A stretch of DNA of 64,000 bases from the human T2T-CHM13v2.0 reference genome, Homo sapiens (GCF_009914755.1 NC_060934.1), one strand, 5' to 3'. Positions 1 through 15,710 are shown, counted from the first letter of the stretch. Made by a program: numbers and translations. The notes: generated by a model not told the origin, from the letters alone.

Positions 1-96
1 AGGCGGAGGTTACAGTGAGCCAAGATTACGCCAGTGTACTCCAGCCTAGGTGACAGAGTGAGACTCCATCTCAAAAAAAAAAAAAAAAAAAAAAAA
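1..96 (+). mobile_element. Alu 3' end with poly(A)
   Basis: GAGGTTACAGTGAGCCAAGAT...GACTCCATCTC followed by a poly(A) tail. Confidence 0.95.
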
Positions 97-308
97 GATT
101 TACAGCAGACTTGTCATCAGAAACTATGGAAGAAAATGGACTGACATCTTTAAAGTGCTGGAAGAAAAAAATGTTAACTCAAATTCCATACTATGCAAAA
201 AATCCTTCAAAAATGAAGAAAACAAACTTAAATTCCTGGAGGCATGCTTATTCTTTAAAAAATATTAAAGAAAAGGCCTTCAGACAGAAGGAATATATGT
301 CAAAAACA

Positions 309-606
309 TTTTTTTGTGAGACAGGGTCTCATTCTGCTGTCCAGGCTGGAGTGCAGTAACACAGTCACGGCTCACTGCAGCCTCAGCCTCAACCTCCCTG
401 GCTCAAGCTATCCTCCCACTTCAGTCTCCCTAGTAGCTGGAACTATAAGCACACACTCCCATGCCCAGCTAGTTTTTTGTATTTTTTGTAGAGATGGAGT
501 TTTGTCATGCTGCCCAGGCTGGTCTCGAACTCCTGGACTCAAGCAATCCCCAAACCTCAGCCTCCCAAAGTGCTGGGATTATAGGCATGAGCTACCCCAC
601 CCAGCC
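309..606 (-). mobile_element. Alu (J-like)
   Basis: Reverse-complement Alu consensus. Confidence 0.93.
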
Positions 607-1549
607 TCAAAAACTTGAATATAAAAGAAAATTGAATAATATCAGAAAAGAAAGAAACAAAGATAAAATCAAAATCACTTTTTTTCTTATTGTTAATCAT
701 CCTAATAGGTAACAATGTTTCAAGCAAAGATGGGAACAAAAAATTTCATGTATGGAATATGTTGGAGTGAAATTATGACATCAACAGCAAGAGGTAAGAC
801 AGAGAAGTGTACTTATACTTTGCATGAAGCAGTATAATTTTTGAAAGAAGACTGGTTATTTTAAAATGTATTTTATAAACTCTAGGACATAAAAAGCACA
901 AATTACTTTTTAAATTATGAATTGCATTTCATCAAAATTTAAAACTTTTACTCTTCAAAAGACACTTTAAGAAAATGAAAAGGCAAACCAGATACAAGGA
1001 AAAATATTTACAAAACAAATATCTGACAAAAGACTGGTATTCTGAATATATAAAAACACAGTTCAATAATAGGACCAACAACTCAATTTAAAGATAAAGA
1101 AAGGATGTGAACAGGAATTTCACCAAAGTATACAAATGCCAAATAAGCACATAAAACAATGCTCATTATCATTAGTCATTAGGGAAATGCAAATGAAAAC
1201 GTAGTAAGATACTACTGAATACTCACTAGAACTGCTAAAATTAAAAAGACTGACTATAATAAGCTTTGATAAGGATGTGGAACAACTTTAACTTTCACAC
1301 ATTGCTGGTGGGAATGCAAAAATGGTCCAAACACTTGGGGAAAAAGTTTGGCAATTTCTTAAAAAGTTAAACATATACCTACTACACAATCCATGAAAAC
1401 CACTCCTAGGTATTTGCTCCAAAGAGATAGAAACACATGTCCATGAAAAGATATAAATCTTCATAGCAGTTTTATTCATAATACCCAAAACTGGAAACAA
1501 CCTAAATTTCCATCAGGTGGTAAATGGATAAGCAAATTGTATAGTAAGC

Positions 1550-1660
1550 AAATTCATATCCATGGTTTCTGCAAGGCCAACTACAGGACATGAGCATCCA
1601 TGGATTTTGATACCCACGATGGGTCCTCCAATCCCCTATGGATATTGAGGGACAAGTGTA
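1550..1660. mobile_element. MER2/Tigger-family DNA transposon fragment
   Basis: GAGCATCCATGGATTTTGATACCC...CCCCTATGGATATTGAGGGACAAGTGTA terminus. Confidence 0.65.
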
Positions 1661-3734
1661 TATATACATTCAACATAATAATACTTACAATAAAAAGAAA
1701 CAAACTATGCAACAACATTGATGAATCCCCAAAACATTACACTAAGTGAAAGTAGCCCAACTATAATGACAGAAAGCAGATCAGTAGTTCCTAGGGTGAG
1801 TGGGGTGAAGGGTTGACTGTAAAGCGGCAAGAAGAAACTTTTTGAGGAATAGGAATGTTATATCAGTATGGTAGTAGCTAATGAATGAACATATTTATCA
1901 AAACTCACCAAATTATATACTTAAAAATTGGCAAATTTTACCTAATAATGTTGACCAATTTAAAGGTGATAGGGAAGAGGAGGAGAAGGAACAGGAATTC
2001 TTTTAAAATCATTTGCAAAGGTTATCTCTTGTTTTACCCATTCACAGGGTAATTCCTCGCCTAAATCTAATTGAGATATCTACTAAATATACTGGAAACA
2101 ACAGCAAATCATACAACATATTGGAAAAAAGCATGGCTATCATCTCCTAGTTCTTTAGAACTTCAAAGAGGAGGCTTAATCTTAAAGCCACTGTAATAAG
2201 AGAATGTTTGGGAGTAAAAGTAGGACTCAAATAGGACTTGGAAGGCAGGATAAATGTGAGACAGAAAAAGAGCTTTTGGACAAGTGAAATAATTTGTTTA
2301 AATATTTTTATAACATCGAAATGTAAATTCATTTGCAGAGATGAGAAGCTATCCTTGGAAAAACTCCCTGAGCTCCTCATGGACTAGTCTGTGTGCTCAT
2401 GACTTCTCAGTCCTGAGGAAAATTGGAAATTCTACACTCCCTTCTCTGCAAGAGTCCTGTTCCTCCACATGACTTTTTCCTCTTTTAACACAAGAGACAT
2501 CTAATTAACTTTTCTGCCACATGCAGCTGGCACCAAGGCAAACCAAACTGTGGAGTGGCTGACCCAGAATTACTGATGAATGTTGAAAATAAACATGCTT
2601 TCAGCCAATCTGGAATGGTATATTTCTAAGAAGACAGAGAACTCTTAAAATTAATTAACTCATCCAGACAAACTGTCCATCCAATGCAAGTTTTTCAGTA
2701 ATGAATATCAGACCACAGATCTTCCTGCAGCTGAGCTTGTTTATCATACAAGGAGGCTGCTTCTGCATGTCTCATGGATAACTTCATGATTTTTATTTTT
2801 ACCGGCTTCTGGCTTCTTGTATTTATATAAACAGGCCAAGAAAGCAAAACAATATGAGAGTAAGTTTAAATGGAAGATACCACATTTCCCCAAAAGACAG
2901 AAACACCTAACTTTCTCTCCTTTTCCACATGTCAGAGTAGACAATTAAGGAGAAAAAGACCCTGACCTTGGGAGGAGAGGAGAGGGCCTCAATAAAAAGC
3001 ATGAACTTACTTAAGCGGTTCTGTCATTGTGTTGAAATTCTAATAAAGTGCTCTCTACTGCAAAGTTTGTGTATATGGGAGCCATGCACAAAATAACACC
3101 AGAACCACATGAAAACTGTAGCTTAACCCTAAATTAGGAAGTTCCAAAGTTGGTGTCCCGAAAGAATGCATTTGGCTGCAGGGTACAGATAACCAATGCC
3201 ATACCAAGCAAGGATTTTTCTGTTGTTTTGTTTGCCTGTTTGCTTGGTTTTATTCATGTAGAATATAATCTTCTGAATGGGCTCTGACTGTGGGTCTAAA
3301 GGGAACAGTGCATCTCTTATGCGTCCATTTTGAGACAGAAGTAAACCCTTGAAAATTTCTAAAATGTCTTCCCTTCCTTGGAATGAATTGACCACACTGT
3401 CTGATACCAAGTTGATGCTGTTCTTTAGTCAGAGAGGGCCCAAGGGCTGCTTTGGCCAGCTTTGGAAGCAGAGACAGGGCCTCCAACCCTCTGCGAACTA
3501 GCCTAGGTGGATACCTCTGTTAATGAATCTCCACTGTCTTTCTCTCTATGGGCTTTTTCTAACATCTTTCAGTACTGAGTCCTTTCTGTCACAAATCACT
3601 TTATGGGGCAACCATGTAGTGACTTATCTAAATGAACAGAGTAACTACCATTTGTTAACTACCTACTATGCATTGGGCATTGTGCTAATACTTTACATAT
3701 ATAATATGATGTCATTTCACAACAACACAAAGTG

Positions 3735-3960
3735 GTAATACAGAGTTTTAACTAATAGTTCAAATTCTAGAGTCAGACTACTTGGGTTAGATGTCTTTAC
3801 TTCATCTCTTATAAGCTGAGGGACCTTGCAGAAGTTACATAATCTCTTTGTTCCTTAGTTTCCGTATCTATCTATAATACAGAAATAATGAAAGAATCTG
3901 TTACATAGAATTTCTGTAAAGATTGAAGTACTCAATAAGTATTAGCTATTTATTATTTCT
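3735..3960 (+). mobile_element. MIR
   Basis: CTAGAGTCAGACTACTTGGGTT...GACCTTG..AAGTTACATAATCTCT core. Confidence 0.65.
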
Positions 3961-4149
3961 GTTTTACAGATTAAAAAACAACAACAACAAAAAACTAAGG
4001 CCTAGCAACATTAACTGACTCGTCCACACAGTTAGAGTTCATATATATGTCTGTCTGACTCTAAATCCAGCATCCTTAACTGCTATACCACTTTGACTTC
4101 CCAAAATATTCTCAGGCCCAGACTTTCTCAAAGCATGTTCTATGGAAAA

Positions 4150-7100
4150 TGGAGAGGAGGAGGCAGAGCAAGATGGCCAAATAGAAGCCTCCAGCAATTG
4201 TGTTCGCCCTTCCGCCACCCATCCCCATGCAGGAACACCAAATTGAACAACTATCCATACAAAAAAAAGCACCTTTATAAAAATAAAAAAATCAGCTTGG
4301 GTACCAGCTCAGCCACAGTGGAACAGAGCACCAGGCAGGCTCCTGGGAGTCCCCAGCTCTAGGCCTTGGCTCCTAGATGGCGTGTCTGGACCTGCCCTGG
4401 GCCAGAGGGGAGCCCATAGCCCTGAAGGGAGAGACTCAGGACTGGCAGCATTCAACACAAGCTGACTGAAGAGTTCTTGGGCCTTGAGTGAATATTGGCA
4501 GTAGCCAGGCAGTACTCACAGCAGGCCTAGGGTGGTCGTGGCCACAGGGAGAGACTCCTCTGCTTGAAGAAAGGGGAAAGAAGAAGGGGAAGGACTTTGT
4601 CTTGAGGTTTGGGTGCCAGCTCAGCAGCAGTGGAATAGAGTACCAGGTAAATTCCTAAGGTTCCCAACTCCAGGCCCTGGCTCCCAGACAACACCTCTGG
4701 ACCTACCTGGGGCTGGGGGGTAGTTCGCCACCCTGAATGCAAGGAAACAAGCCTGGCTGGCTTCACCACTGCTGACTGTAGACCCCTTAGGTGGCAGCCA
4801 GGCAGTTATGACCATGAACTGTCACCGAGACCCAATGCTATGCTGGTTTCAGGTCTGACTCAGTGCAGTCCCAGGGGTGGTGAACATAGTGGTGCTTAAG
4901 TCACCTCTCCCCTATCTCAAGGCAGCTCAGCACAGAGAGACACAGACTGTTTCCATTTGTTTGCAGGCAAAGTAAGGGAAGGAAACAAGAGTCTCTGCCT
5001 AATCCAGTGAATTCTCCTGGATCTTACCCAAGACTCCCAAGGCAGTACCTCTATGACACTGCATGAGCCACACTGTTACTTGGCTTGGGGTGCCCCCTCA
5101 TGCAGATATAGCTGCAGTGACCAAAGACTTACATCACAACACCCAAATCCCTTTGAATACGTGGAAAGCGTTCCCAAGAAGAATGGGTACAAAAAGACTG
5201 TGAAGACTACAATAAATATCTAACTCATCAACGCCCAGACACCAACGAACATCCACAACCATCAACAACATCCAGGAAAATATGACCTCACCAAAAGAAC
5301 TAAATAGGCCACCAGGGACCAATCCTGGAGAGGCAGAGAAATGTGACCTTTCAGACAGAAATTCAAAATAGCTGTTCTAAGGAAACTCCAAGAAATTCAA
5401 GATGACATAAAGAAGGAATTCAGAATCCTATTAGATAAATTTAACAAAGAAACTGAAATAATTAAAAAGTAGCAGAAAATCTGGAGATGAAAAATGCATC
5501 AATATCCTTTAATTATAGAATTAATCAGAAGAAATAATTAGTAAGCTTGAAGATGGGGTATTTGAACATACATAGAGGAGACAAAAGAAAAAAGAATTTT
5601 TTAAAATGAAACATACCTATAAGACCAAGAATATAGCCTCAAAATGACAAATCTAAGAGCTATTGTCCTTAAAGAAGAGGTAGAAAGAATGAAGTAGAAA
5701 GTTTATCCAAAGGGATAATATCAGAAAACATCCCAAACCTAGAAAAGAAATCAATATTCAAGTACAAGAAGGTTATAGAACACCAAACACATCTAATACA
5801 AAGAAGACTATCTCTCAAGACATTAAATAATCAAACTCCAAAAGGTCAAGGTTAGAGAAAGGATCCTAAAAGCAGCAAGAGAAAAGAAACCGGTAACAAA
5901 GGAGCTCCAATACATCTGGCAATGGACTTCTCAGTGGAAATCGTATGGGCCAGGAAAGAGTAGCATGACTTTTTTTTTAGACAGAGTCTCACTGTGTCAC
6001 CTATGCTGGAGTGCAGTCGCACAATCACAGCACACCACAGACTTAACCTCCCAGGCTACTGTGATCCTCCCACCTCAGCCTCCCAAATAGCTGGGACTAC
6101 AGGCATCTGCCACCATATCTGGCTAATTTTTTTTTTTATTTTGTATAGATGGTGTTTCACCATTTCCCAAAGCTGTTCTCAAACTCCTGGGCTCAAGCGA
6201 TCCTCAGCTTCCCAAAGTGCTGGGACTGTAGGCATGAGCTACTGTGCCTGGGCAGCATTACATATTTAAAGTGCTAAAGAAAAAACTTTATCCTAGAATA
6301 GTATATTCAGCAAAAATATCCTTCAGACATGAAGGAGAAATAAAAACTTTCTCAGACAAACAAATGCTGAGGATTTTCATCAATACCAGACCTGTCCTAC
6401 AAGAAATCCTAAAGAGAGTTTTTCATATATAAAAAAAAGGATGTTAATGAGCAATAAGAAAACATCTGAAAGTAGAAAACTCACTGGTAATAGTAAGTGT
6501 GCAGAAAAATACAAAATATTATACCACTATAATTGTAATATATAAACTACTCATATCTTGAATAGAAAGACTAAAAGATGAACCTATCAAAAATAATAAC
6601 TACAACAACTTTTCAAGACATAGACAGTACAATAGGATATGAATAGAAACAATAAAATGTTTAAAAGCAGAGGGGAAAGAGTAGAGTTTTTATTAGTTTT
6701 CTCTTTTCTTGTACAATCAGTGTTAAACTGTCATCAGTTTAAAATAATGAGTTATACGGTATTATTTGTCTCATGGTAACCTCAAATCAAAAAGCATACA
6801 AGTACCAAAAAATAAAAAGTGAGAAACTATAACATACTACCAAAGAAAATCACCTTCACTAAAAGGAAGACAGGAAGAAGGAAAGAAGGAAGAGAAGACT
6901 ACAAGACAAGTAGAAAACACATAACAAAATGGCAGAAGTAAGTCCTTAGTTATCAATAATAACATTGAATTTAAAAGTCTAAACTTTCCAATCAAAAGAC
7001 ATACAGTGGCTGAATGGATAGAAAAAAAAAAACAAGACCCAGTGATCGGCTGCCTACAAAAAACACACTTCACCTATAAAGACACACACAAACTGAAAAT

Positions 7101-10100
7101 AAAGGGATAGTAAAAGGTATTCAGTGCCAATGGAAACCAACGAAGAGCAAGAGTAGCTATGTTTATATCACATGGAATAGATTTCAAGATAAAAACTACA
7201 AAAAGAAACCAAAAAGGTCATCATATAAGAATAAAGGGGTCAATTCAGCAAGAGAATACAAAAATTATAAATATATAGGCACCTAACACTGGAGCACCTG
7301 ATATATTATAAAAAGCAAATATTATTAGAGCTAATGAGAGAGATAGACTCCAATACAATAGTAGCTGGAGACTTCAACACCCCACTTTCAGCATTGGACA
7401 GATCATCCAGATAGAAAATCAACAAAGAAATACTGGATTTAATCTGCACTAGAGACCCAATGGATCTAATGAATATTTCATCCAAGAGCTGGAGAATACA
7501 TATTCTTATCCTCGGTACATAGGTCATTCCCAAAAACAGACCACGTAAGGCCACAAAACAACTCTTAAAAGTTCAAAAAATTAAAATCATATCAAGTATT
7601 TTCTCTGAATGTAACAGAATAAAACTAGAAATTAATAATAAGAGAAATTTTGAAACATAGAACACATGGAAATTAAACAATATGTTCCTAACTTATTGGC
7701 AGCACAATGAAGAAACTAAGAAGAAAATTTAAAAATTTCTTTAAATAAATGAAAATGGAAGCACAACATACCAAAACCTATGGGACACAGCAAAAACAGT
7801 ACTAAGAAGAAAGTCTGTAGCAATAAATACCTACATCAAAAAAAGTAGAAAAACTTCAGATAAACAATATAATGATGCATCTTAATGAACTGTAAAAGCA
7901 AAAGCAAACCAAACCCAAAATCAATAGAAAAAAGAAATAATAAAGACCAGAGCAGATATCAATGAAACTGAAACAAAAAATACAAAGGATTGATAAAACA
8001 AAGAGTTCATTTTCTGAAAAGACAAACAAAATCAAATCTTTAGCCAGATTAAAAAAAAAACCCAAATAAATACAATCAGAGATGAAAAAGAAGACATTAC
8101 AACTGATATTGCAGAAATTCAAAAGATAATTAGAGGCTACCTGAGAAACTACATGCCAATAAACTGGAAAACCTAAAAGAAACAAACACATACAACTCAC
8201 CAAGATTGAACCATGAAAAAAATCCAAAACCTGAACAGACCAATAATAAGTAATGAGATCAAATGCTAATAAAAAGTCTTCCAGCAAAGAAAAGCCCAGA
8301 TCCAATGGCTTCACTGCTGAATTTTATTAAACATTTAAAGAAGAACTATTACCAAACCTACTCAAACTATTCTGAAAAATTAGAGAAGAAGGAAGAACTT
8401 CCAAATTCATTCTACAAGGCCAGGATTATCTTGATACCAAAACCAGACATATTAAAAAAAGAAAACTACAGGCCAAAATCCCTTATGAACATTGTTACAA
8501 GAATCAATAAAATTCAACCAAGCCAAATAAACAACATATTAAAAAGATCACTCACTCGGACCAAGTGGGATTTATGTCAGTGATGCAAGGATGGCTCGAC
8601 ATAGGCAAATCAATCAGTATGATACATCATGTCAACAAAAAGAAGGACAAAAAAAGATCATTTCAACTGATGCTAAAAAAGCATTTGATAAATTCAACAT
8701 CCCTTCATGATAAAAACCCTCAAATAACTAGGTATATAAGGAATATGCCTTAACACAATAAAAGCCATATACAATAGAGCCACTGCTAGTATCATACTGA
8801 ATGGGCCTTTCCTCTAAGATCTAGAACAAGACAAGTGCACCCAATTACACCACTGCTACGCAGCATAGTACTGGAAGTTCTAGATATAGCAATAAGACGA
8901 GAAAAAAACAAAGGGCCTCAAAATTTGGAAAAAAAAATCAAATTATCCTTGTTTGTACATGATATAATCTTATATTTGGAAAAAAACAAAGACTCCATTA
9001 AAAAAAAACTATTAGAACTGATAAGTTGAGTAAAGTTGCAGGATATGAAATCAACATACAAAAATCAATAGCATTTCTATATGCCAACACAAACAATCTG
9101 AAAAAGAAATCAAGAAAGTAATCCCACTTACAGTAGCAAGAAATAAAATAAAACACCCAGAAATAAGCTTAGCAAAAGAAGTAAACAATCTCTACAGTGA
9201 AAACTATAAAACATTGATGAAAGGAATTGAAGAGGACACCATAAAAATGGAGATATTCCATGTTCATGCATTGGAAGAATCAATATTGTTAAAATGTCCA
9301 TTCTACCCATAGCAATCTACAGATTCAATGCAATCCCTATCAAAATATCAATGACATTCTTCACCAAAATAAAAAAAAAAAATCCTAAAATTTATATGGA
9401 ACCACAAAAGACCAAGAATAGCCAAAACTATCCTTAGCAAACCTAGCAAAACTGGAGGAATCACATTACCTGACTTCATATTATACTGCAGAGGTATAGT
9501 AACCAAAACAGCATGGTAGTGGCATAAAAACAGACACATAGATCAACGGACAGAATAGAGAACCCAGAAATAAAAACATACCTCTACAGTGAACTCATTT
9601 TCAACAAAGGTACAAAGAACACACACTGGGGAAAGGACAGTCTCTTCAATAAATGGTGCTGGGAAAACTGCATATCCATATGCAGAAGAATAAAACTAGG
9701 CCCGTATCTCTTACTGTATGCAAAAATCAAATCAAAATGGATTAAAAACTTAAATCTAAGACTTCAAACTATGAAACTACTAAAAGGAAACATTGCAGAA
9801 AATCTCTAGGACATTGGTCTGGGCAAAAAATTGTTGAGTAATACCCCACAAACACAGGTAACCAAAGTGAAAATGAATACCCTGGATCACATCAAGTTAA
9901 AAAGCTTCTGCACAGCAAAGGATTCAACCAACAAAGTGAAGAGACAACCCACAGAATGGTAGAAAACATTTACAAACTACGCATCTGACAAGGGATTAAT
10001 AACCAGAATACATAAGGAGCCCAAACAAACTCTATAGGAAAAAAAATTTAATAATCTGATCAAAAAAATGGGCAAAAGATTTCAACAGACATTTCTCAAA

Positions 10101-11068
10101 ATAAGACATACAAATAGCAAACAGGCATATGAAAAGGTGCTCAACATCACTGATCATCAGAAACATGCAAATCAAAACTGCAAGGAGATATTATCTCACC
10201 CCAGTTAAAATGGCTTACATCCAAAAGACAGGCAATAACAAATGCTGGCAAGGATGTGCAGAAAAGGAAATCCTTGTACATTGCTGGTGCTGGTGCAAAT
10301 GTAGATTAGTATGACCACTATGGAGAAGAGTTTAGAGGTTCCTCAAAAAAGCTGAAAATTGAGCTACCATATTATCCAGCAATCCTACTACTGGGTATAT
10401 ACCTCCCAAAAAAGCAAATCAGTATATCAAAGAGGTATCTGCACTCTTGTGTTTGTTGCAGCACTGTTTACAACAGCTAAGATTTGGAATCAACCTAAGT
10501 ATCCATCAACAGATGAGTGAATAAAGAAAATGTGGTATATATACACAATGGAGTACTATTCAGCCATAAAAAGGAATGAGATTCAGTCGTTTGCAACACC
10601 ATGGATGGAAATAGAAATCATTATGTTAAGTGAAATAAGCCAGGCACAGATAGACAAACATTGCATGTTCTCACTTATTTGTGGGATCTAAAAAATCAAA
10701 ACAATTAAACTCATGGACATAGTAAAAGGATTGTTACCAGAGGCTGGGAAGGGTCATGGGGGGTTGGCAGGGAGGTGAAGATGGTTAATGGGTACAAAAA
10801 AATAGAAAGAATGAACAAGACCTACTGTTGGCTAGCACAACAGAGTGATTACAGTAAATAATAAAATGTACATTTTAAAATAACAAGAGTGTATGTGGAT
10901 TGTTTGTAACTCAAAGGATAAATGCTTGAGGGGATGGATACCCCATTCTCCATTATGTGCTTATTTCACATTGCATGCTTGTATCAAAATATCTCATGTA
11001 TCCCATAATATATATACCAACTATGTACACAAAAATTAAAAATAAAAATAAGAAAACAAAATAAATAA
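4150..11068 (+). mobile_element. Near-full-length degenerate LINE-1 (L1MA1-like)
   Basis: 5' GAGCAAGATGGCCAAATAGAAGC, repeated 5'UTR units, decayed ORF1/ORF2 (PNSFYKARIILIPKP, KLSLF..DIILYLE), and 3' tail GAGGGGATGGATACCCCATTCTCCA followed by an A-rich end. Confidence 0.9.
5969..6254 (-). mobile_element. Alu (J-like) inserted in L1 ORF1
   Basis: Reverse Alu interrupting the L1. Confidence 0.92.
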
Positions 11069-11276
11069 TACTGCTAAGAAAAGAATGAGTATCCACCTGA
11101 CAGAGTTTTTTGAAGATTAAATGACACATACATGCGAAGCACTTAGCAAATAGTAAAATATCATGTAAATGTAATATAGAAATACTAATATAAAACATGA
11201 GTCTGATGAAGATAAACAAGACAGAGAGAATATATCATTTTCATAGACTCAGTAACACCCGAGCATAACACTACTA

Positions 11277-11644
<368 letters not shown>

Positions 11645-11689
11645 CTAATAAGATACATTTCTTGAGGAATAAAAAACAATCAAAAACAG

Positions 11690-11880
11690 CAAAGGCCCGG
11701 TTTCAAATCTTACTAATTATGTCATTTCACACAACTCACACGTTTCTGAATCTCAGATACCTCATCTTTAAAATGTGAGTAATAATAATTTTTTCTCAAG
11801 GTTTAATAAATGTTTAAATGAAACAAACTATATTAAATATTTAGGACAGTGTCTGGTACACAGTTAATGTTCAAAAATAA
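11690..11880 (+). mobile_element. MIR
   Basis: TCTCAGATACCTCATCTTTAAAATG...ACAGTGTCTGGTACACAGT. Confidence 0.6.
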
Positions 11881-12209
11881 CAGTTTCCAGCATTTAGTTT
11901 GAAGGAGCTTACTCTCCTCATAATCAATACATCTTTGCATAAATCAAAAGCAGTAACTACTGTATGATTCTCCAACGTTTTTATTGCACAAGGTATGGGA
12001 GAAATAAAAGACATGGACTCCACTTTTATAGAGCTTACAACTGAGTTATGATACCATAAATAATAACAGATGGCATGATTTTATTGAAATGGCAAATCAC
12101 TACTCATGACCTAACTATAGGTAAGACTCATAGTACAACACTTTAAAACCTTAATATGTACATATAATAAACTTTAGGGTTTTATAATATGAAGGCTATG
12201 ATGGAAATT

Positions 12210-13685
12210 TTTTATATTATTGTGGTAATAACACAACATGAGCTCTACCCTCAGTTTTTACAAATAACTGTTGTTAACTAAGGTCACAAAATTCTACAGC
12301 TGATCTTAATGAATTAATTAATCATCGTGCATATGTGAAACTTTATACCCACTGGATAATAATTTCCCATTTTCCTCTTCTCCCAGTACCTGGAAACCAC
12401 CATTCTACTCTTTGTTTCTATTAGTTTGACTATCTCAAATACTTCATATAAGCGAGATCATGCAATATTTGTCCTTCTGTGATTAGTTTATTTCACTTAG
12501 CATAATGTGCTCCAGGTTAATCCATGTTGTCACATATGACAAAACTGCTTTCTTTTTAACGCTGAATAATATTCCATTGTCTTTTTATACCACATTTTTT
12601 AGTCATTAATCCATCAATGGACATTTAGGTTGTTTCCACATCTTGACTATTGTGAATATTGTTGCAAGGAACATGGGAGTGCAAATACCTCTTTGAGATT
12701 TTAATTTCAATTCTCTTGGAATGAGAGGATTTCTGGATCATAAAGTATCTTAATTTTTTAAGGAACTTCCATACTGTTTTACATAGTGGCTGCACCATTT
12801 TACATTTCCATTGATAGTATAAAAGGGTTCCAGTTTCTCCACATCCTCACCAACAGCTATCATTTTTTAAATAATAGCTATCCTAAGAGGTATGAAGTGA
12901 TATCTCACTGTGGTTTAATTTGCATTTCCCTGATGATTAGTGATACTGAGTCTTTAGTCCATTTTGGCTTGATTTTTGGGTATGGTATAAAATAAGGGTC
13001 CGATTTTATTCTTTTGCATGTGGATATCCCGTTTTCCCAACATCACTTGTTGAAGGGACTGTCATTTTCCAATTGTATATTTATGGCACCCTTGTCAAGG
13101 ATTATTTGACCATATATGCATGGTCTTATTTCTGGGCTCTCAATTATGTTCCTTTGGTCTATATGTCTGTCTTTATGCCCTTACAAAACTATTTTAATTA
13201 ATGTAGCTCTGTAATATATTTTGAAACAAGGACACGTAACGCCTCCAGCTTTGTTCTTTCTCAAGAATGCATTGGCATTTCAAGGTCTTTTGTGATTCCA
13301 AATGGATTTTTTGAATTGTTTTCTCTGTTTCTGTTAAGAAAAACAACAGACATTGAGATTCTGATAGGGATTGCATTGAATCTGTAGATTTCTTTCGGTA
13401 GTATAGACACTTTAAAAATATTAATTCTTCTAACCCATGAACATGGAATGTCTTTCCATTTATGTGTGTCTTCTTCAACTCCTTCATCAATGTTTTGTAG
13501 TTTTCAGCATAGTAGTCTTTCACCTCCTTAAGTTTATTCCTAAATATTTTACCCTCTTTGATGCTATTGTAAATGGAATTGTTTTATTTCCTTCTCAGAT
13601 AGCTCAATGTTAGTGTAAAGAAATGCAACTGATTTTTGTATGGTAATTTTGTATCTACAACTTTACTGAATTCATTTATTAGTTC
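12210..13685 (-). mobile_element. 5'-truncated L1 (L1MA8-10-like)
   Basis: Minus ORF 13194-13523 ([15 protein letters not shown]) is L1 ORF2; 3'UTR lies at the low-coordinate end. Confidence 0.88.
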
Positions 13686-13964
13686 AAAATGGTAAATTTT
13701 ATATTATGTGTTTTTTTTACCACAATTAAAAAAATCACCTGGGCAGCTAGTGACCCATTACTATTAGTAACTGCCTGACTGAAATGTGTTCTGCATGTAG
13801 CAAAGCGATAGGCACCTGGAAACATGACATCAAACATTTTATAAGTAACTCTTTGTCCCTATAACCAGATTTCTCGTTAGGAAGTACAATAATATTAGGA
13901 TGCAAGTTTTTATAGCTCTAAAACTGATGCTGAAGAGGTACCTGGAAGTGTTTTAGCAGATATT

Positions 13965-14200
13965 GTAGAGATTTGGGGTCAAGTGATCTGAGTTCCTGTC
14001 CTAGCTCTGACATTTATTAGCAGTACAACCTTCAACAAGTTATTTAACATTTTCAGCTTAAACTTCCTCATTTGTGCAATAATAAAAATGGTACCTACCT
14101 CATAAGATGGTTATATGATAATTAAATAAAATGGTAGGTATAATATGAATACAATGCCTGGTTCATATTAAATGTTTTAATAAGTATCATCAATAATAAA
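13965..14200 (+). mobile_element. MIR
   Basis: GATCTGAGTTCCTGTCCTAGCTCTG...AAGTTATTTAAC...TTCCTCATTTGT. Confidence 0.65.
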
Positions 14201-15630
14201 ATGATGATGACAATGATGATGATGACAAGTAACAGGGCCATTCACTCACCCAGTCCTTGTTTCTAAGCAAGAACATATAATTGTAAGAAAACAGGTTAGG
14301 TTTAGCAGCACATTATTAGCTACAGAAAGATTTTCCCCTCTATATTAACTAGATTCATATGTATCTGTCACACTGGTATGTCATATTTAGCTGTATAAGA
14401 AGGTATCTCGCATACAAAAGTACTTCCTACCCATGTACCAATACTTGGAAACCATTTTTTAACCCATCCTCAACTATCAAATTGTCTGCCTGCATTTTGG
14501 CTTTTAGGAGAGGACTCAGGCAAAAAGAATAAATAGGTAAAAGCAGAAAAGTGAATTGTTTTCAGCTGATTTGACAGAGCCAAAAATCTAATCTGCACTG
14601 AATTTTTGAAAATTAAGTTTGAGTCATGCCCATGTTATTAACTCCTCAGTTTATAAGCATTATTTGATCCCAGTACATTTTCCAAAAAAAATACAAATGT
14701 CTCCCTTTCATACTGCAACTCAAATACAAATAATTGCAAAGGATATTATCCAGATCAAATCAATTACCATATCCTGTCAATTTTTCCTTTGTAATGAGTC
14801 CCTAACTATCCCTTTCTTTTCCACTGCTGCTTGACTAATGTAATCATGCTCATCTCACTCTTGAATATCTTCACTAGCCTTTTTGGTCCTTCTAACCTAG
14901 GCAACCTCACCACTATTCTATTCTGTCCTGTGAGGAGCCATGAGATAAATCTTCCTAAAATATCACACATAATTTTCTTAGTCACAATCCTTCCTTGACT
15001 CCCTATTGTTTAAAGAAAAATCAAATCCCCTTATCTTAATTCTAAAGCTGTCTCAGATTGTCTTCCACAATCTGATCTCAACCCCTACAACTTCATTTTT
15101 CAAGGAAAGTCTTTTACAACTAGTTCCTAAACTACATTAGTATATTGGAAATGGAATTTGCCCAATGACACATTATTATTATCTGTAACTTATCCATTTC
15201 CAAACATTAGGCACTTTGTGAAACACAAACAAGAGTATCCCTGCCTTTCCAAATACTCCTGATTATGACTAAAAACCTCAGAAAAGGGATCAAAGGTTAA
15301 TATGCATAAAACAAAAACTCATTCTATATTCCTTCATTTCCAAGAAAACCTTATTTCTCAGCCTAGACTCCTAGTTTTTTCCAGAGCCCTTCCAACTCCC
15401 AAGAAACCAAAATGGCCAGAAGATGAACACGACGCCATACTCCATGGTGGTAACTCATTAGCCCACCACAATATCACCAGGGTCTCACAATGCTCACTTC
15501 CATACTCTAACCACAGCCATCTCCTATTCTAGTAAATAAAATGAGATCACTGGAAGAGCAAGCCAGGTGCTGGAAGTAACAAAGTAAATCCACTGCCAGG
15601 CCAGAATACAATCTTTACCTTCCTCACATC

Positions 15631-15710
15631 TGATATATAGATAGATAGAGATATAGATATAGATAATATAGATATAGACAGATATAGAGATAGAGATATC
15701 AGTTATATAT
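15631..15710. repeat. Degenerate (ATAG)/(ATATAG)n simple repeat
   Basis: GATATATAGATAGATAGAGATATAGATATAGAT... Confidence 0.9.

Larger units (their letters stand above)
97..1950 (+). mobile_element. Old L1M (L1MC/ME-like) fragments, interrupted by an Alu and MER2
   Basis: ORF1-end, ORF2-end and 3'UTR-like segments (ATTAGTCATTAGGGAAATGCAAAT, CTCCTAGGTATTT). Confidence 0.75.

Noticed and set aside
3250-3486. Minus ORF containing a KEQ motif as possible HPSE2 exon 3
   Set aside because: Does not match the HPSE2 exon-3 peptide and splice signals are weak.
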